DNA of 62,754 nucleotides, filler included, from Sphacelaria rigidula (lineage: Eukaryota): the NCBI GenBank assembly GCA_964200075.2. It is 4 parts of 4 records of this genome, joined end to end, with 100 filler letters (N's around TTAATTAATTAA, not from the genome) between each part and the next. Parts side by side here need not be neighbours in the genome. Positions count along the whole stretch, not along the records: positions 1 to 15,616 come from CAXNAA020001669.1; positions 15,717 to 31,331 come from CAXNAA020001670.1; 2 more parts are not named here. One strand, written 5' to 3'. Under the pieces are notes generated by a model. That model ran no database searches and had not been told where the DNA came from. It worked only from the letters and a program-made list of their open reading frames with translations. Each line of letters starts with the position of its first letter. Position 1 is the first letter of the stretch. Positions 12,101 through 24,598 of the stretch are shown here, piece after piece. A program made the position numbers and the translations under genes.

Positions 12101-13385
12101 TCGACACTCCAACTATCGACAAAAAAACGAAGGAAGAAGTTGGCGACAATGATGCGGCCCACGTTTGGACCTTTTTTCAGGAAAAAAACTGCTTTCCGAC
12201 GTAAAAAGAAAAATAATAACCGCTGCCCTGACTTTTTTTTACCGTATCTTTGAGCTTTCTAACAAACTGCATCGTCTCGCTGCCCTAGCTGTCTTGGTGG
12301 AACCGCCTCTGCTTGGGCTTGTTGCGCTGCAAGGAGTTTGAGACATGAAAAGTTCGGACGGTGTTGGGCGATCGGGACGCCGAAATGGGGTTTCGGGGAG
12401 TGTGGAGTCAGGGGAGTGGGTACGAAGGGTCTCGTTTCCCTGAATGACATGTTCGTACATAAATTCCCAAATGAACACACTCAAATCAAGTTTTCTTCTT
12501 CACACCTGCCGGTTCCCATAATCAAAGATGGTTGGTGAAAGAGTATTCAAAACATACACATGTGAAGAGTGGACAATATCGCGCAACACAAGAGCCCTCT
12601 CCTTCCGCCACAAGCCGATTGCTCGCACCGTAGAGCAGGCCAGGGATATGGCAGCAACAACAAATACATGAACTGACGGCAGTGGCGAAAATATTAATTC
12701 GTATATGTCCTCCACGCGGGAATAATTAGATAATGCGTTAACGGGAGAAATTTGACGTCCCCAGTCTGCGCCGGCCGCCACATGGGTGGTCCTCATTTCC
12801 GCCAGGTAGGTCGGAGGGTACCTTGTGGTGGATTATATGATGTGCTGCATTTTCCTCGGCGAACTAAGCCTTAACCAAAGAACGTGAAGAGTACATCGTC
12901 AAATAACACTCCATGCAATATGAACGTCAGTCATGTATGTGTGTATATCAAAACCCAGAGATCAATGTCTCATCCCTACAGAAACAGTACACATTCCGAA
13001 GTGTATGTACACATCAACACGACGTTCCAAACGTTGTCCGATGTCGAATCGCCTGCGTAGCAAGTTGCTCCGACACCAGCTGAACCGATCATTGTAGCAC
13101 ATGGGGTTTTCTAGACCAACTGTTCTAGAATATATGCGCAGAACTTGTTTTCTTCTTGTCGCGCGTGCGAAACCATCTCGGCCGCAAGCGCAGTAAGCGA
13201 GCATCAAAAAAGGGCTCGAATTTCGCCCCCCCTCCAATGAGGGTCGCGTGAGGCATCCTTGCTGCTGCCTGTGCAAAACATGAGGCTGTTGCCCCGCGCT
13301 TTGCTGTGGCACCGACAAACTGAGCCGAGCACTGTAGTACAGCTAGGACAAGAAAAAGAAAAGATCCCGAACACAACCTGTACCG

Positions 13386-13393
13386 TAGTTGTG

Positions 13394-13457
<64 letters not shown>

Positions 13458-13523
13458 CAGCAGTGCTAGTACTAGCACTAGTACTGGTACTAGTAGCGGT
13501 GGTGGTGGTGGTGGTGGTGGTGG
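13386..13523. repeat. (GTA)n and (GGT)n microsatellites
   Basis: Read directly from the sequence. They explain the poly-V and poly-L ORFs. Confidence 0.95.
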
Positions 13524-14699
13524 TATTACAGTACTAGTAACAGCATTGCAATAGTGAGATTGGCCGTTCGAGTATAAAAGCAAGTCCTACGGCACAACAT
13601 ACACGGCTACCTACAAATCATACTCGCCTGCGTCGAAAACACGCGGTTGGTTCTGCGGGAGTTGTTTCCGTTGCCTCTCTTTGGAGTGTTTCCGGTGGTG
13701 GCCCAGTCCTCCTCCTCGTCGTCGGCATGGCGACGAGAGAAGGCACGGGCATTCTTCTTGTGGTTGTTGATGCCTCCCTTCTGGTACTGATGCTGACTTG
13801 TGCTTGTGGCCTCGGAGGGCAGCGTTTCCTGTAGAATGTCAGTGTTTCACGACTTTTGAGGTCAACAAAGGTTATTTTCTTCATCTAGGGTCAATGATAT
13901 CGCTGTGTTTGATTCAGGGGGCGAAAGGGGGCGAGGTTGTTTTTCAGCTTTACATGTTCCACTGTTTTCGGAGGAGAGAGAGGGCGCTTGTGACATGGTT
14001 ATGATAGGGTGGGGGGATGGATGGATGGGGGGCGCTAAGCACGCCCCGGTGCAAGCTTCGTTTTCTTTCCCACTATCACCAGTGGACGCACGCGTTGAGC
14101 ACCGCACACAGTGGTTGACTGCTTAATCGATCGTATTCTCGATCCGCTTGTCGCCACATCAACGCATCCTCCACCAATGCGGTCGTAGCCGCAAGATGAA
14201 CGTTACAAAGGTAAACTGGCGATGAAAGAGACTTGGTCTCAGAAAAACCCGAGAAAGAGGAGCGGCATGACGACGAAAAAAAGTGAGGGCGGGGGGAAGG
14301 GGGAAGAAAGGCAGACTAAAGGGGCAAATACATCAGGTTAAGAAGTCGTAACGGACAAAAGTACGACGTAACAAAATTGTGCCCGGGGTTCTCCCGACAC
14401 AAGTACGGTGTCCTACTGTTCGACGAGCGATGTTTTCCCACGAAAGATCTACACGAATGACTTTCTAGTGACTCGCTTGTTCGTGAGTTTGACCGTGCCC
14501 TACGTATTTGTCGGAGTAATCACGCTTGACAACTACAAACGAGTGTTTCTCGATACCCTCTACGTAGGTAAATCGACCGTTCCATCGATCCGATTGGGAT
14601 ACATTTGCACTGCACTAACTATACGTACACGACCCAAGCGAAAGACAAGTCTTTACGAAGAAGCTATGTACGGCGGCGCGGGGGGGAAGGGGGGGAAGG

Positions 14700-15440
14700 G
14701 GGCATACTCATTTGTTACTCGCCCTTATCGTTTCATTGACCACGCATCCCTCTCGAGATGGAGCAACGTTCCTATTCCTGACAGAGACACTTCCAGTATT
14801 TTGGTGCTCATGACGTTTCTTCCATACATTACACAAAAACCTTCTACATACCCTATCCCCGCCCGTTTCCGCCGCCGTCTGTGGCCACCATCTATCTCCT
14901 AGTATAACCATCGTTTTCTCCCTACTGTCTAATGCGTCCAACGATCTCATGCCACCTTCGTTCACGTCCCTCTAGCACGTCCCGTTCCTCCTCGTGTAGT
15001 TCACATTCTGCCACTGCATGAGTTCTGCTCCCTATTGCTTTGCCACAGGGGCAGTTCTGTGCATCTACGTCCTCCTCTCGACGACTGGAATACCTCTTTA
15101 TTCTTTCTGGCAGGTCTAGGTCCCCCACCCGAAATCGCAGTTTCATATTTCTCGCAGCGTCCATTGGGCCATGCAAATATGCTTTCATCCCTATCCTCTC
15201 TCTCAACCACCCGTATATCTCCAGGTGTTCTTCCTCGTCTACTTTGCGTCTTAGCATTCCTTTTCCCCCCATTTCTAGCATGTCGCTTACTTTTGTCTTG
15301 TACCCCGCGGCTTCACCTATGGACGGGATTTCGTCTTGGTGTCCTCCTACCTCCTTCCACACTTTCTCGACTTTTCTATCCCACCTTGTTCCAACCTGCC
15401 CTTTCGTTTTTTCTTCCATACAGCCTTATCAACTATGGCT
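14700..15440 (-). mobile_element. non-LTR retrotransposon (LINE) 3' fragment, family C
   Basis: Encodes EEHLEIYG...KLRFRVGDLDLP...CPCGK...THAVAEC, a C-terminal CCHC-type zinc knuckle, with a frameshift. Homologous to 39675-40372. Confidence 0.8.
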
Positions 15441-15616
15441 GGTAATCTCTTTCTCGGCATGTTCTTGACGTTATATTGCCATCTCAATTTCCTCATGTCC
15501 CTGTTTTACTACGGGGGGGGGGGGCGGGGGGGCGGGGGGGGGGGGTAGGGAAACTTACGATCGATATCACCCCCGTTTGAAGGATGACGGTTCGGGACGA
15601 AAGGAGGGGAAAAAAA

Positions 15617-15716
15617 NNNNNNNNNNNNNNNNNNNNNNNNNNNNNNNNNNNNNNNNNNNNTTAATTAATTAANNNNNNNNNNNNNNNNNNNNNNNNNNNN
15701 NNNNNNNNNNNNNNNN
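15617..15716. other. artificial contig linker
   Basis: 44 N + TTAATTAATTAA (stop codons in all six frames) + 44 N. Identical to the other two linkers. Confidence 0.95.
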
Positions 15717-16023
15717 CATGGCACAGAAGCGGGCGATTAGACGGGAGACGAACGAAGCCCACATGACACTGCAATGACGACGGTCCAGAGAAGAGGGGGG
15801 GTGGGGGGTGAACCCCCCCGATGAGGGGTGTCGTTATGTCATGCAGTGCTTGTCTTGATGCACCTGGTATGCTTGTACGTATGGCTGTCCCTCGAGAGGT
15901 CGAAATATGAAACCTTGCGATTCTTCGTTCTTTGTTTCTGGTGTTTGGGGTCTTGAGACTTGCCCGTAGTCGGACCCTCTGTTCATTTCTACTTGGTCTC
16001 GCACGTCGAAATGGAAGTCCGGG

Positions 16024-16133
16024 TTAACCCTTGAACGACGACGAGAGTAGGTAATCTGTTGAATCGGCATCAACTTCACTTGACAAAAGCTATGCGTGGT
16101 CCAGATGGACTATCCTCGTGGTCTAAGGGTTAA
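16024..16133. mobile_element. ~110-bp TTAA-bounded mini-element (piggyBac-like MITE)
   Basis: Reads TTAA-CCCTT...AAGGG-TTAA, with an internal GAATCGGCATCA motif. Confidence 0.7.
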
Positions 16134-16457
16134 CGAGGGCAACACTGTTCAACCGCTCGAAAGATTCTTGGCTGGCCCAGCTCGTGGGCCATCTATGGAA
16201 TCGACGTCATTTGTTGTTGCGGTTGCTGTTGTCTGCACATTAAAAACCGTTCCGATATCTGCATATTACTCCGTTTTGAGCATTTGATGCGGACGCCTTC
16301 CATGGTCACGATCATTCATGATATTATTATTTCAGCTCATTAGTTCGGTCTCGCGAACCCGTGGTCATTTGCAATTGGAATAAAGATAGCAGATATACAT
16401 GCAGTAGATTGCCTACCTTGGCGATGAAAGGGTTGAACTGATCCGTCACCTGTGATG

Positions 16458-16676
16458 TCTAATTTCCACCGTGGAAAGCGTGAGAACGTGAGTAAACGAA
16501 GTAATCGACTGAGTTTGTTTGACGTGAGTTGACGCGGTGCGGGAGTGTTGGTCATGATCCAATCCGCGAAACCAAAATGCAAGGCGTGTACCGGGGGAGA
16601 GATGGGTTGATCCCTTGAGACCACGGACTCATCCCGAGGAAGAGGAGTGGTTCACAGTGCGACAAAAAAAAAAATT
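16458..16676 (+). mobile_element. SINE family A, 5' truncated copy
   Basis: Reverse complement of the 6920-7130 body. Ends in a poly-A tail. Confidence 0.75.
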
Positions 16677-16690
16677 AATACCTGACCTAG

Positions 16691-16800
16691 TTAACCCTCA
16701 CACCGCGGTGCGGGTAGTCCATCTAGATCATGCTCACTTTTTTCGAGTGAACATTGATGCCGATTCAACTGTTGACCTACTGTCGCTATTGAAGGGTTAA
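16691..16800. mobile_element. ~110-bp TTAA-bounded mini-element, opposite orientation
   Basis: Reads TTAA-CCCTC...AAGGG-TTAA, with an internal TGATGCCGATTCA motif. Confidence 0.7.
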
Positions 16801-18231
16801 CCTCGGTAATTACGTTCTTCAAAGGCAAAATTTTGCCGCCCGAAAATGTCGGAGAGTTCGGGTAAGAAGTAGACCCTCTAAGTGCTTCAGGCCGGATGTT
16901 ATGGCAAAGAGATTGCGGCCCACGGATTGTTCACTTTTGGGACGTATGGCCCACCTTTTGACCCCCGAACAGAGAAAACCAACACACGTCTCGGACACTT
17001 TGCATCACCCCACAGAGAGGAAGGAGCCTAGTCTGCTTTTCAGATTCGCTTGGCTCCGAGGTTTCGAGAGTGGCCGCTGAACAAAAATCCGTGCGCAAAA
17101 ATCTGTGCTTGCCGACGCCCGCCAGTTTGCCCAAAAGTGAACAATCTGTGGACCAAAAATCTGTTTGCCATAACATCCGGCCCAAGCACATCAATTTTCG
17201 ATCGAAGTTGTGCGTTGTAAAACAAAACTCCCGATCTGAGCCGCTCTTCATGATAGACAAAAAAAAAATGTGGAAAAGTGCCGCACTTTTCCCTGGGCTT
17301 GACTGTTTTTTACCGTTTTTGGACAAGAGTTCTTGTTTTTGGCCGAAATAAAAGCTGTGGCCACCGAAAAACGGGAACATGTCTTCGAACCGCCTCGACT
17401 AGTAGAGCAAGTCATTCCACGGTGTCAAACTCCATCTAGCTCTCATTTGGGGCGTAAAATGACGTGAAAGCTCCAAAAAGGCACTTTTCTACATTTTGAT
17501 CTTCGTCTGTTAATATAAGGAGCGGCCTGATAGGTCGTGATTTCAACCATCGTCGTTAATGTTAAAAACGGTTGAAGTCACGACCTATCAGATCGGGATT
17601 TTTGTTTTCCACCGCACTTTCTCGATCGAAAAATGATGTGTAGAGACACAGCCCTAGGTCGTGTGTTATTGAGATCAAAGAAGAACCGGGGAAAGGAATA
17701 AGCAGCATGTTGATTGATCGCCGGGCAGGTCTGTGGTTCTGGCGACGGATCCGCATGCTGCTTCCGAACGATCGGTCCTTTTCCCCCTTCTTTTTTTATC
17801 TCGAAAATACACTGCCTGATAATGCTCGTTAACCCTTTTGACTCCGAGGGGAGGTCATCTGGTGAATCAACGCCATTTATTTTCAAAATTACAGCATATT
17901 ATGGTGACCAGAAACATATGACCCAAATTACTGCATGATGACCAGATGGCCTACTCTCCTCGCGGTGGAAGGGTTGTAACGGGAATTATTACACAGTATA
18001 TTATCGAGAACAAAAAATAAGCGATTGAGGAAAGCAGCATGCTTATTTGTCGCCGCAACCATAGACCCGCCTCGCGATCAATCAACATGCTGCTGTTGGA
18101 CGCTTGTTCCTTTTACCGCTTGTTTTTTTTATATCGAAAACACACGGCCTTGGAGCATCTATTTCTTACCCGAACTCGCCGACATTTTCGGAAGGAAAAA
18201 CTTCACCTTTGAACGTAATTACCGAGTTTAA
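16797..18231. mobile_element. ~1.43-kb TTAA-flanked element with ~75-80-bp imperfect TIRs and nested insertions
   Basis: The left end CTCGGTAATTACGTTC..CCGAAAATGTCGGAGAGTTCGGGTAAGAA is mirrored by TTCTTACCCGAACTCGCCGACATTTTCGG..GAACGTAATTACCGAG. TTAA lies on both sides. Confidence 0.7.
16890..17182. mobile_element. MITE with ~50-bp TIRs (PIF/Harbinger-like)
   Basis: TIRs are GGCCGGATGTTATGGCAAA / TTTGCCATAACATCCGGCC. A second copy at 46756 is preceded by TAA. Confidence 0.75.
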
Positions 18232-18835
18232 TCCTTAGACGGGGGGTGCCGGTAGTCCGTCGGGATCACCCATACTTTTCTCAAGTGAATATTGATGCCG
18301 ATTCAGCAGGTGAACTACCCTCACGGTCGAAGGGTTTAACCCTTCGACGGCGACAACAGCCATCTGAATTCACTTTGAAAAAGTGTGCAGTATTCAGATG
18401 GACGACCTTCGCGGTTTAAGGTCAGGTCATCTGTTGAATCGGCATGAATTTCATTTGAAAAAAAAAACATTGCCGTAATACAGATGGACAAAACTCCTTC
18501 GCCGTGGGTGGTTCATCTGGATCATGAATCATTTCTTCCAAGTGAAATTGAAGCAGGTTCAACAGATGATCTATGCCCTTCGACGGCGATGGTAGAGTGA
18601 TCTGGGGAATCGGCATCATTCACACTTGGAAATAAGTTGTACGATGCGCATTCGACATGTAGACGGCGTTATTTTTACTAGAGAAAAGTACACGTGACGG
18701 ACTACCTTCCCTGTCTAGGCGTTAGTTAGCATTAGCCTCTCAAGACCAGGTCCGTTGAACCGGCATCACTTTTACTTGAAAAATTACTCCGCGACCCAGA
18801 TCCAGCTACCCTGGTGGTCGAAGGCGAAAGGGTTG
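18228..18835. mobile_element. array of further full and partial TTAA mini-element copies
   Basis: CCCTTCGAC / GTCGAAGG ends and GAATCGGCAT cores are repeated. Two copies abut at AAGGGTTTAACCCTT (18330-18344). Confidence 0.6.
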
Positions 18836-19299
18836 CTTATACCGCTTTGTTGACAATGGAGAGCTGAGGATCAAGCCGTGCACTATTACAAGTACTGACT
18901 CTCAGAATGCGTATTTGTGCAATACATCTACAGGTCACAATACAAAAAACCTTATACGAGTACTGTCTTGAGTCTCAGATCTCAGAGCATTCAACACACG
19001 ACACACATCTAGTCTCGCCACCTGCCGGAAAAACAATCAATACGTATAAACCAGAAATGGCAAGTGGTTTTTCCTGCCATATGATGCCTGTGGCCCAGCA
19101 ACGTGTGTTATCATGACTTTACCCACCAGTCAGCATGTTCTGCGTAGTCATGGTCACACTGACCACACCAATGCACAACTCGTGCATGATAGTTGGTGCT
19201 TATGTAAATAGTGTGGTCCTGTAGATATCTGAGTCGTGCGGTCCTCGAATATCTGAGGTACAGCCTACTTCCACTGTTGTGTTTTGGCCGGCTTGTTTC

Positions 19300-22200
19300 T
19301 CAACATTGTTTCTCCCCTCCCTTTTTGCCCTCCTCATCCTGGCTCAAATCGCGCTCGGTGTTCTGGGCCTTCGCATGTGCTGCACAGGTATGCAGCTGTT
19401 GCCGAAAGGCTGCCAGCACTGCGAAACCCAAGGGATGCCAAAAATCCCGTCGTGCTGACTGCTGTCAAATCACACCGTCCGGCCGGGCGTGTTGGTACAG
19501 TCACTCGACCCCACCGAAATCGACCCTAGTCGGGTAGACTTCAGTGCGGACATTGACCACGACGTTGTCTACGGGGCGATACCGCATGCTGTCTATGTGC
19601 ACAGTACCCAGACAATATCCATCTATGCTCTGTTGTGTGAATAGCTGCAATGTACTTGTAGAGCGGTGCTTTCATTGCTTCCGTGGCCAGCTAGAGAGGA
19701 ATGGAAACAGAGCTCAGCATGTGTCCCAAGGTCCCAAGTGGGAAATGCCGGGAAAACTTTGGACTTACTAAAAAGAAATGAACGGGCCGATGTATTCTAC
19801 CCGAAAAAAAACAACCATTATGCGCATGTTCGTGCTCAGGTCTACAGTGCATTGATGTATACTGAAGTAGAGATGTTGCAGTCTACCACGACAGACTGTG
19901 TATGCACGTATCTTCCCGCGGCAGACTCACGTATACATATGAAACAGAAATAAACCATACCTTAGAGCAAGTGCAATGTGGACAAACCCAGCACCTTCAC
20001 AACCTGCGGGTACGCACTTAGGCATTTCCAGCACCTACAAGGCGTGCGATCGTGACAGCTACTTTTTGTTTGCCAAGTTCTACTTTGTAGGTCCACGTTC
20101 CCCGACATAACTCTGAAGATACTGAGAGGCCATTTGTATCAGCGGTCCGTTAATTAATTTGATAGCGATGTGCTGTCTGCTGTGCTGTGTGCCAGGTGCG
20201 CGGATCAGCACTTTCACGTGTCGTACGTATTCTCAGTCTTCACGACACAAAATAGGGATATGATGAAGTGAGCAGTAATGCAGACAGTTGCACTGCTCAC
20301 GAGACTGTTCCAGTTGCTTGCTAGTTGTACAACTTGTAGGGCGAGTAGGGTTATCTGGGAATAAGAGAACAGACTTGCCAGGTGTCGATTGTACTCTGAG
20401 CACTCTTCTTCACTTTCAGATGCGCAGTGCCCTCGAACGCCACGTTGCTGATACTTCTGGTGTTTCCCATGACGCAAGGCGGCATTGTTATCAATGGTGG
20501 GCTGCTGTGGCTGTTCCTCCTCCGGCTGCTCTTGACCGTTGGCTTCAAACTGCGGGAAATACAGCATGCAAAAACGAGCAGGGAAAAAAACACGCCCGAG
20601 TGCACCAAAATATAGATATATCCGCGATGTATTCGTCTATTTGTGTGTACCGCGATGAAAGTACTACCATCCTGTCTGTACGATGGTTTGTCACCATCGC
20701 AGTAACGTACATCAGTCACAAAGCAGGCGTGTCCTGATCCCAATAGATGCGATCAAATGCACGACTCAAGAGGTGCGCGTGGTGTGTACGGTTAATCGAG
20801 AGTTCCTTTCATAGTTGTACTCTGTGTGTCTCCCTCATGTCTAGTGTAGCGCTGTATACAACAAACTGGAGCCGTTGGTTGGCATGGGTGTATGGGTGGG
20901 GGAAGGGGTATTTCATATACTTTCTTGTAGGTACGGCCGAATCCCATTACCAAATCGTCCACAAGCGAAACGAAACAAGAGAAACATAACACACAGGAGG
21001 GGGGTAGCAAAGAACATACGGTACCGTACGATTCATGCATTCGAATATCGCAACATATACATTTAAATGGTCAAAATGTCCGTTGTGAGTATGCTTGCAG
21101 ACACAGAGAGGTACACCTCGATACCGCCGACGCTGTTGATGGTGGCGTTATGCACGAGGTGACGGTAGTGCATACGCAGTTAGTTTAGGCGCGCAAAAAC
21201 AAAGCCACACGTGTTGAAAATTATGTAGGGGTTTGGACACCAGGAATCTTCAAGCTTTGACGTATCTATTTATCCGTAACCTACGGTGAAAAAAAGCACA
21301 GTTATCGGCACCTCATAGATATGATGAGAATGATGTACTCTAGTGTAAAGCTATGCCCACCGGATGAATGCCTACCATTGACAACGCTCCACACGACTTA
21401 AAACACCAAACAGTGCAAAACAATACAGCAGAACATACGGCGTCGTGCACAGTCGATGCTTCCACTGTGTATAAACACCTGACCCTCAAAATCATCACGT
21501 TTCACACCCCAGGCTGAAATTCGTGTGCTTTGGTAACGGAATAAAAAATGGGTGACGGGGTATACCACCCTCAGATTATTCTTTTCCGCTCTCTGTCGTG
21601 TCGAGAAAAAGGGGCGCTGTACTCGCGGCAGAATCTCACTTAGAAACCAATGTCGCTCACCCATCCCCATTGACATTGAATGCTATAGAATTTCGCGACA
21701 GAATTGGGCGCGAAAAGCGTTTCATCCCTTTGGGGGGGGGGGGTGATATAGACAAGTACAGTGGTGAACAAGAGGGTGTACAACTGTACTACTGTAGTAC
21801 ACTTACACTTGGGTCAAGAAATCACAAGACAGAAACAAACCTGCGGTACTGCTGTGGCCTCAAATCTCGATGTGCCTGCCGTAAGCATGTCTTCATATCC
21901 TCTTGCCTTGGTACTCTCCCTCCTTCTCTCCCCCTCCCTCCCTTCCTCCCTGTTCTCTATTTGCTACTTTCGTCTCCTTCCCACCTTCCTTGTTTTCGGA
22001 CACTATAGCTGCTGCCAATGCTAGTGTCGGGATACATCAAATACGGCATACCACACACAGGGATTTGGCGGACGTGCCTGCGACAGCCCCTATGATTGGG
22101 CTACGGCACAATAGTTGAGTATCAGAGCCGTTTTTTTCTTGTGCGGAAGTAATCGAAGGTCAGCACAGCACAGGCAGACAGTTACAACTTTTTTTTTCTT

Positions 22201-23620
22201 CATGTGACGGTTTCACAAATATTCTTGTCGAAACCATGAAGGAACGGGCGAATCCATCGCACACGCGCAGGTACATCACCCCACGGTACCGTGCGGTACA
22301 GTACTGCAGTGGAGTGCATCACAGACAGTGCAGTGGCTTTCATCTGTCATGCACCGCGCCGAAGCATCGCAGGGTTAGTAGGGTTTTTAACGAGATTGTG
22401 CTGCCTAAGAACTTGGTGTAAACGTACAGTAATACACGAATAGGGAGTACCCGGGGAGTGCTTTTCGGGGCAGAGCCACTACTCTTCCTTCACTGCTGCT
22501 AAAGTAGAACCATCAGCCGCGTTGTCGTAGCCCTAGCCCAGCGCATGAGGCCTACGCAATTCTAGACAGCACGATGCTGTTGAGCCCTTGCGGTGGGATT
22601 TGCTTGGGATGTTTGGGAGAGTCGCAGCCATCCTTCGCTGTTTATGATTTAGTACAGCTGTAAGCGAGAGGTATATGCGGGTCAATCCAGAAGAGGCAGC
22701 GTTGCCGTCGGAGGTTTTCTGTTTACACAAACAACGCCACGCGGTTTGCCCGATTCGCGCCTCAGCACGTGCTCGGCTAGCTCGGTGCTGTAGCCCATTG
22801 TGGCGCAGACTCTGCGGGGAGCGGGAAATCGAATGTGGCGAGACGTACTAGCATCCACGATGTCAGACGTTCCTCGTCCCGTTCTTCGCCTGGACGAAGT
22901 GGAAGGTCTGACTGTATTTGGTCATGATGATGGTCAACAACACCGGGGCAACAGTTCATGTTCGAACCTCTCTCGCAGGTTAGCATATTATCGCTACAAG
23001 TCGGTGCAAGCAAACGCTGAAAGTTGCACGGGTGAACGAAATATATACGATGGACGTGTAGCTCGGCTTGCACTTCATGTAATACTCGATGTACGCAGAT
23101 TTCTCGTTCCGAGGGCACAACATAGAGAGAACCTGCTGCGCGCAGCACAGGGCATAAGTACAGCACGGTGTCACGAGCAAATTCGGCGTTGCGCGAAAAC
23201 GGATTCACATCTTCGCTGTATCGGCACGCTCGCCGTTGGAGAAGAGTCCGAGTCCGCGTATTTCGGGGGCTGCCCATACTTCGGGTATTCCGGGATTTCG
23301 GATGTGTGCCATCGGGTGTGAACTGCTTGATCCCATGACCGAAGACCCATATGCGATACCCCATACCAAATTTCCATGGGCAACTCTCAAGACTGAGGTG
23401 GGAAATCGACTTCTAGTACGTTTAGTCAGTCCAATCTCTTGAAGTTATTACAAGACCTCAGAAACCCATGATCTCTCTCTAGATAACCAGGCGAAGGTGG
23501 GTGTATAGATCGTTTTCCCATGTCCCAAGGAATGGTCACATGAAATATCAGCGCCATCCGCCAGTTGTTGTGCGACTGGGTTCGTGTAGACTCAAGGGTT
23601 GAGATATCCCTGTACGTCAT
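19300..23620 (-). pseudogene. possible decayed, spliced tyrosine-recombinase (Crypton-like) gene
   Basis: Exon-like pieces at 22911-22849 (SDLPLRPGEERDEERLTSWML) and from 22718 (AASSGLTRI..PSKSHRKGSTA..HALG*GYDNAAD) resemble YR box B/C motifs. Pieces at about 20550-20380 and 19528-19300 may be GCR1_C-like. Stops and frameshifts are present. This is motif-level resemblance only. Confidence 0.3.
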
Positions 23621-23897
23621 GGGATTTATTCGACATGGCGGTTAGATCAATGAGAAATCAACTTACCGGGCGGCTGAGTAGATCGACACCTGCCCCTTGA
23701 CTATACGATTGGCACGATATGCGGATGACGACCCAATTCGTCCGCGTCGTGATGGGATATGGCCGTGACAACTCAATTCCCAATCATGTAGCTCGTATGT
23801 GATGAGGTGTAGAGCCTCATGGAGTCGATACCGGTAAAACGTACGAGTACCAACTTGCTGTTGCTTCCAATGATCGGACTTTGCGCCTCATTGACAG

Positions 23898-24404
23898 AGT
23901 TGTCGGCACGGGGTCCAACGTTGTGCCGGTGCCGCGACCGATGGACCCGATCCGAGCAAGCCCCCCCATTCTACGCGGCAGTGAAAGGCCTTTCACCTCG
24001 ACTCAGGCAACAACCAGGGGAGCATTTGATGCCACCACTCAATCGACGACGCATCCACCCGATGAGACACAAGGCGACGGAGCAATACCGTCGACGGATC
24101 CATCGCAAGAGGCTGGTTACGACAGCGGGAATGACCTCATACCTAAACCACCGCGACGTGAAGTGGTGATGCTGGAAGATCTTACAGCTGTCGATCCAAC
24201 GTTGGATACAGCACCAGATCTAGGGGAACTGGAGGGCAGCTACGCTGGGCGGTCGCTGAACGTCTCGACAGTAGACCAACGGCAGATAGGGACATCGAGA
24301 AACCAGATGAGCAGGACAGACGTGAAAGCGCGGGAAATGCTGCAATCGAGGACTGAGGCATCACCGCCTCGGGATGAAAGCACTCCGGCTGACAAGAGTG
24401 GAAG
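23898..24404 (+). CDS. exon of a large, low-complexity uncharacterised protein (first exon visible)
   Basis: ttgacag acceptor and AG|gtgcgg donor, with an open frame. Phase 2 matches the next exon. Confidence 0.65.
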
Positions 24405-24598
24405 GTGCGGCATCACATGTAGTGTAGTCATTTTTGTTTCGTTCGTGTGGGAGAGTCTGGGTCAGGAATTGGGGATTAGGGTCAGGCATTTGAACATAGA
24501 ACCTGACCCTGAGCACCTTGCAGTCGCGGATTTCGAGGACGAATGGCTATGTCGACGCGTCTTTTGTTTTTTTGCTATCGGGCACTTTTTCAAATGCA

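Noticed and set aside
13125..13583. Poly-Leu and poly-Val ORFs as membrane proteins
   Set aside because: They are translations of (GTA)n and (GGT)n microsatellites.
15661..15672. TTAATTAATTAA as a biological motif
   Set aside because: It occurs three times, always centred in identical N runs, so it is an assembly spacer.
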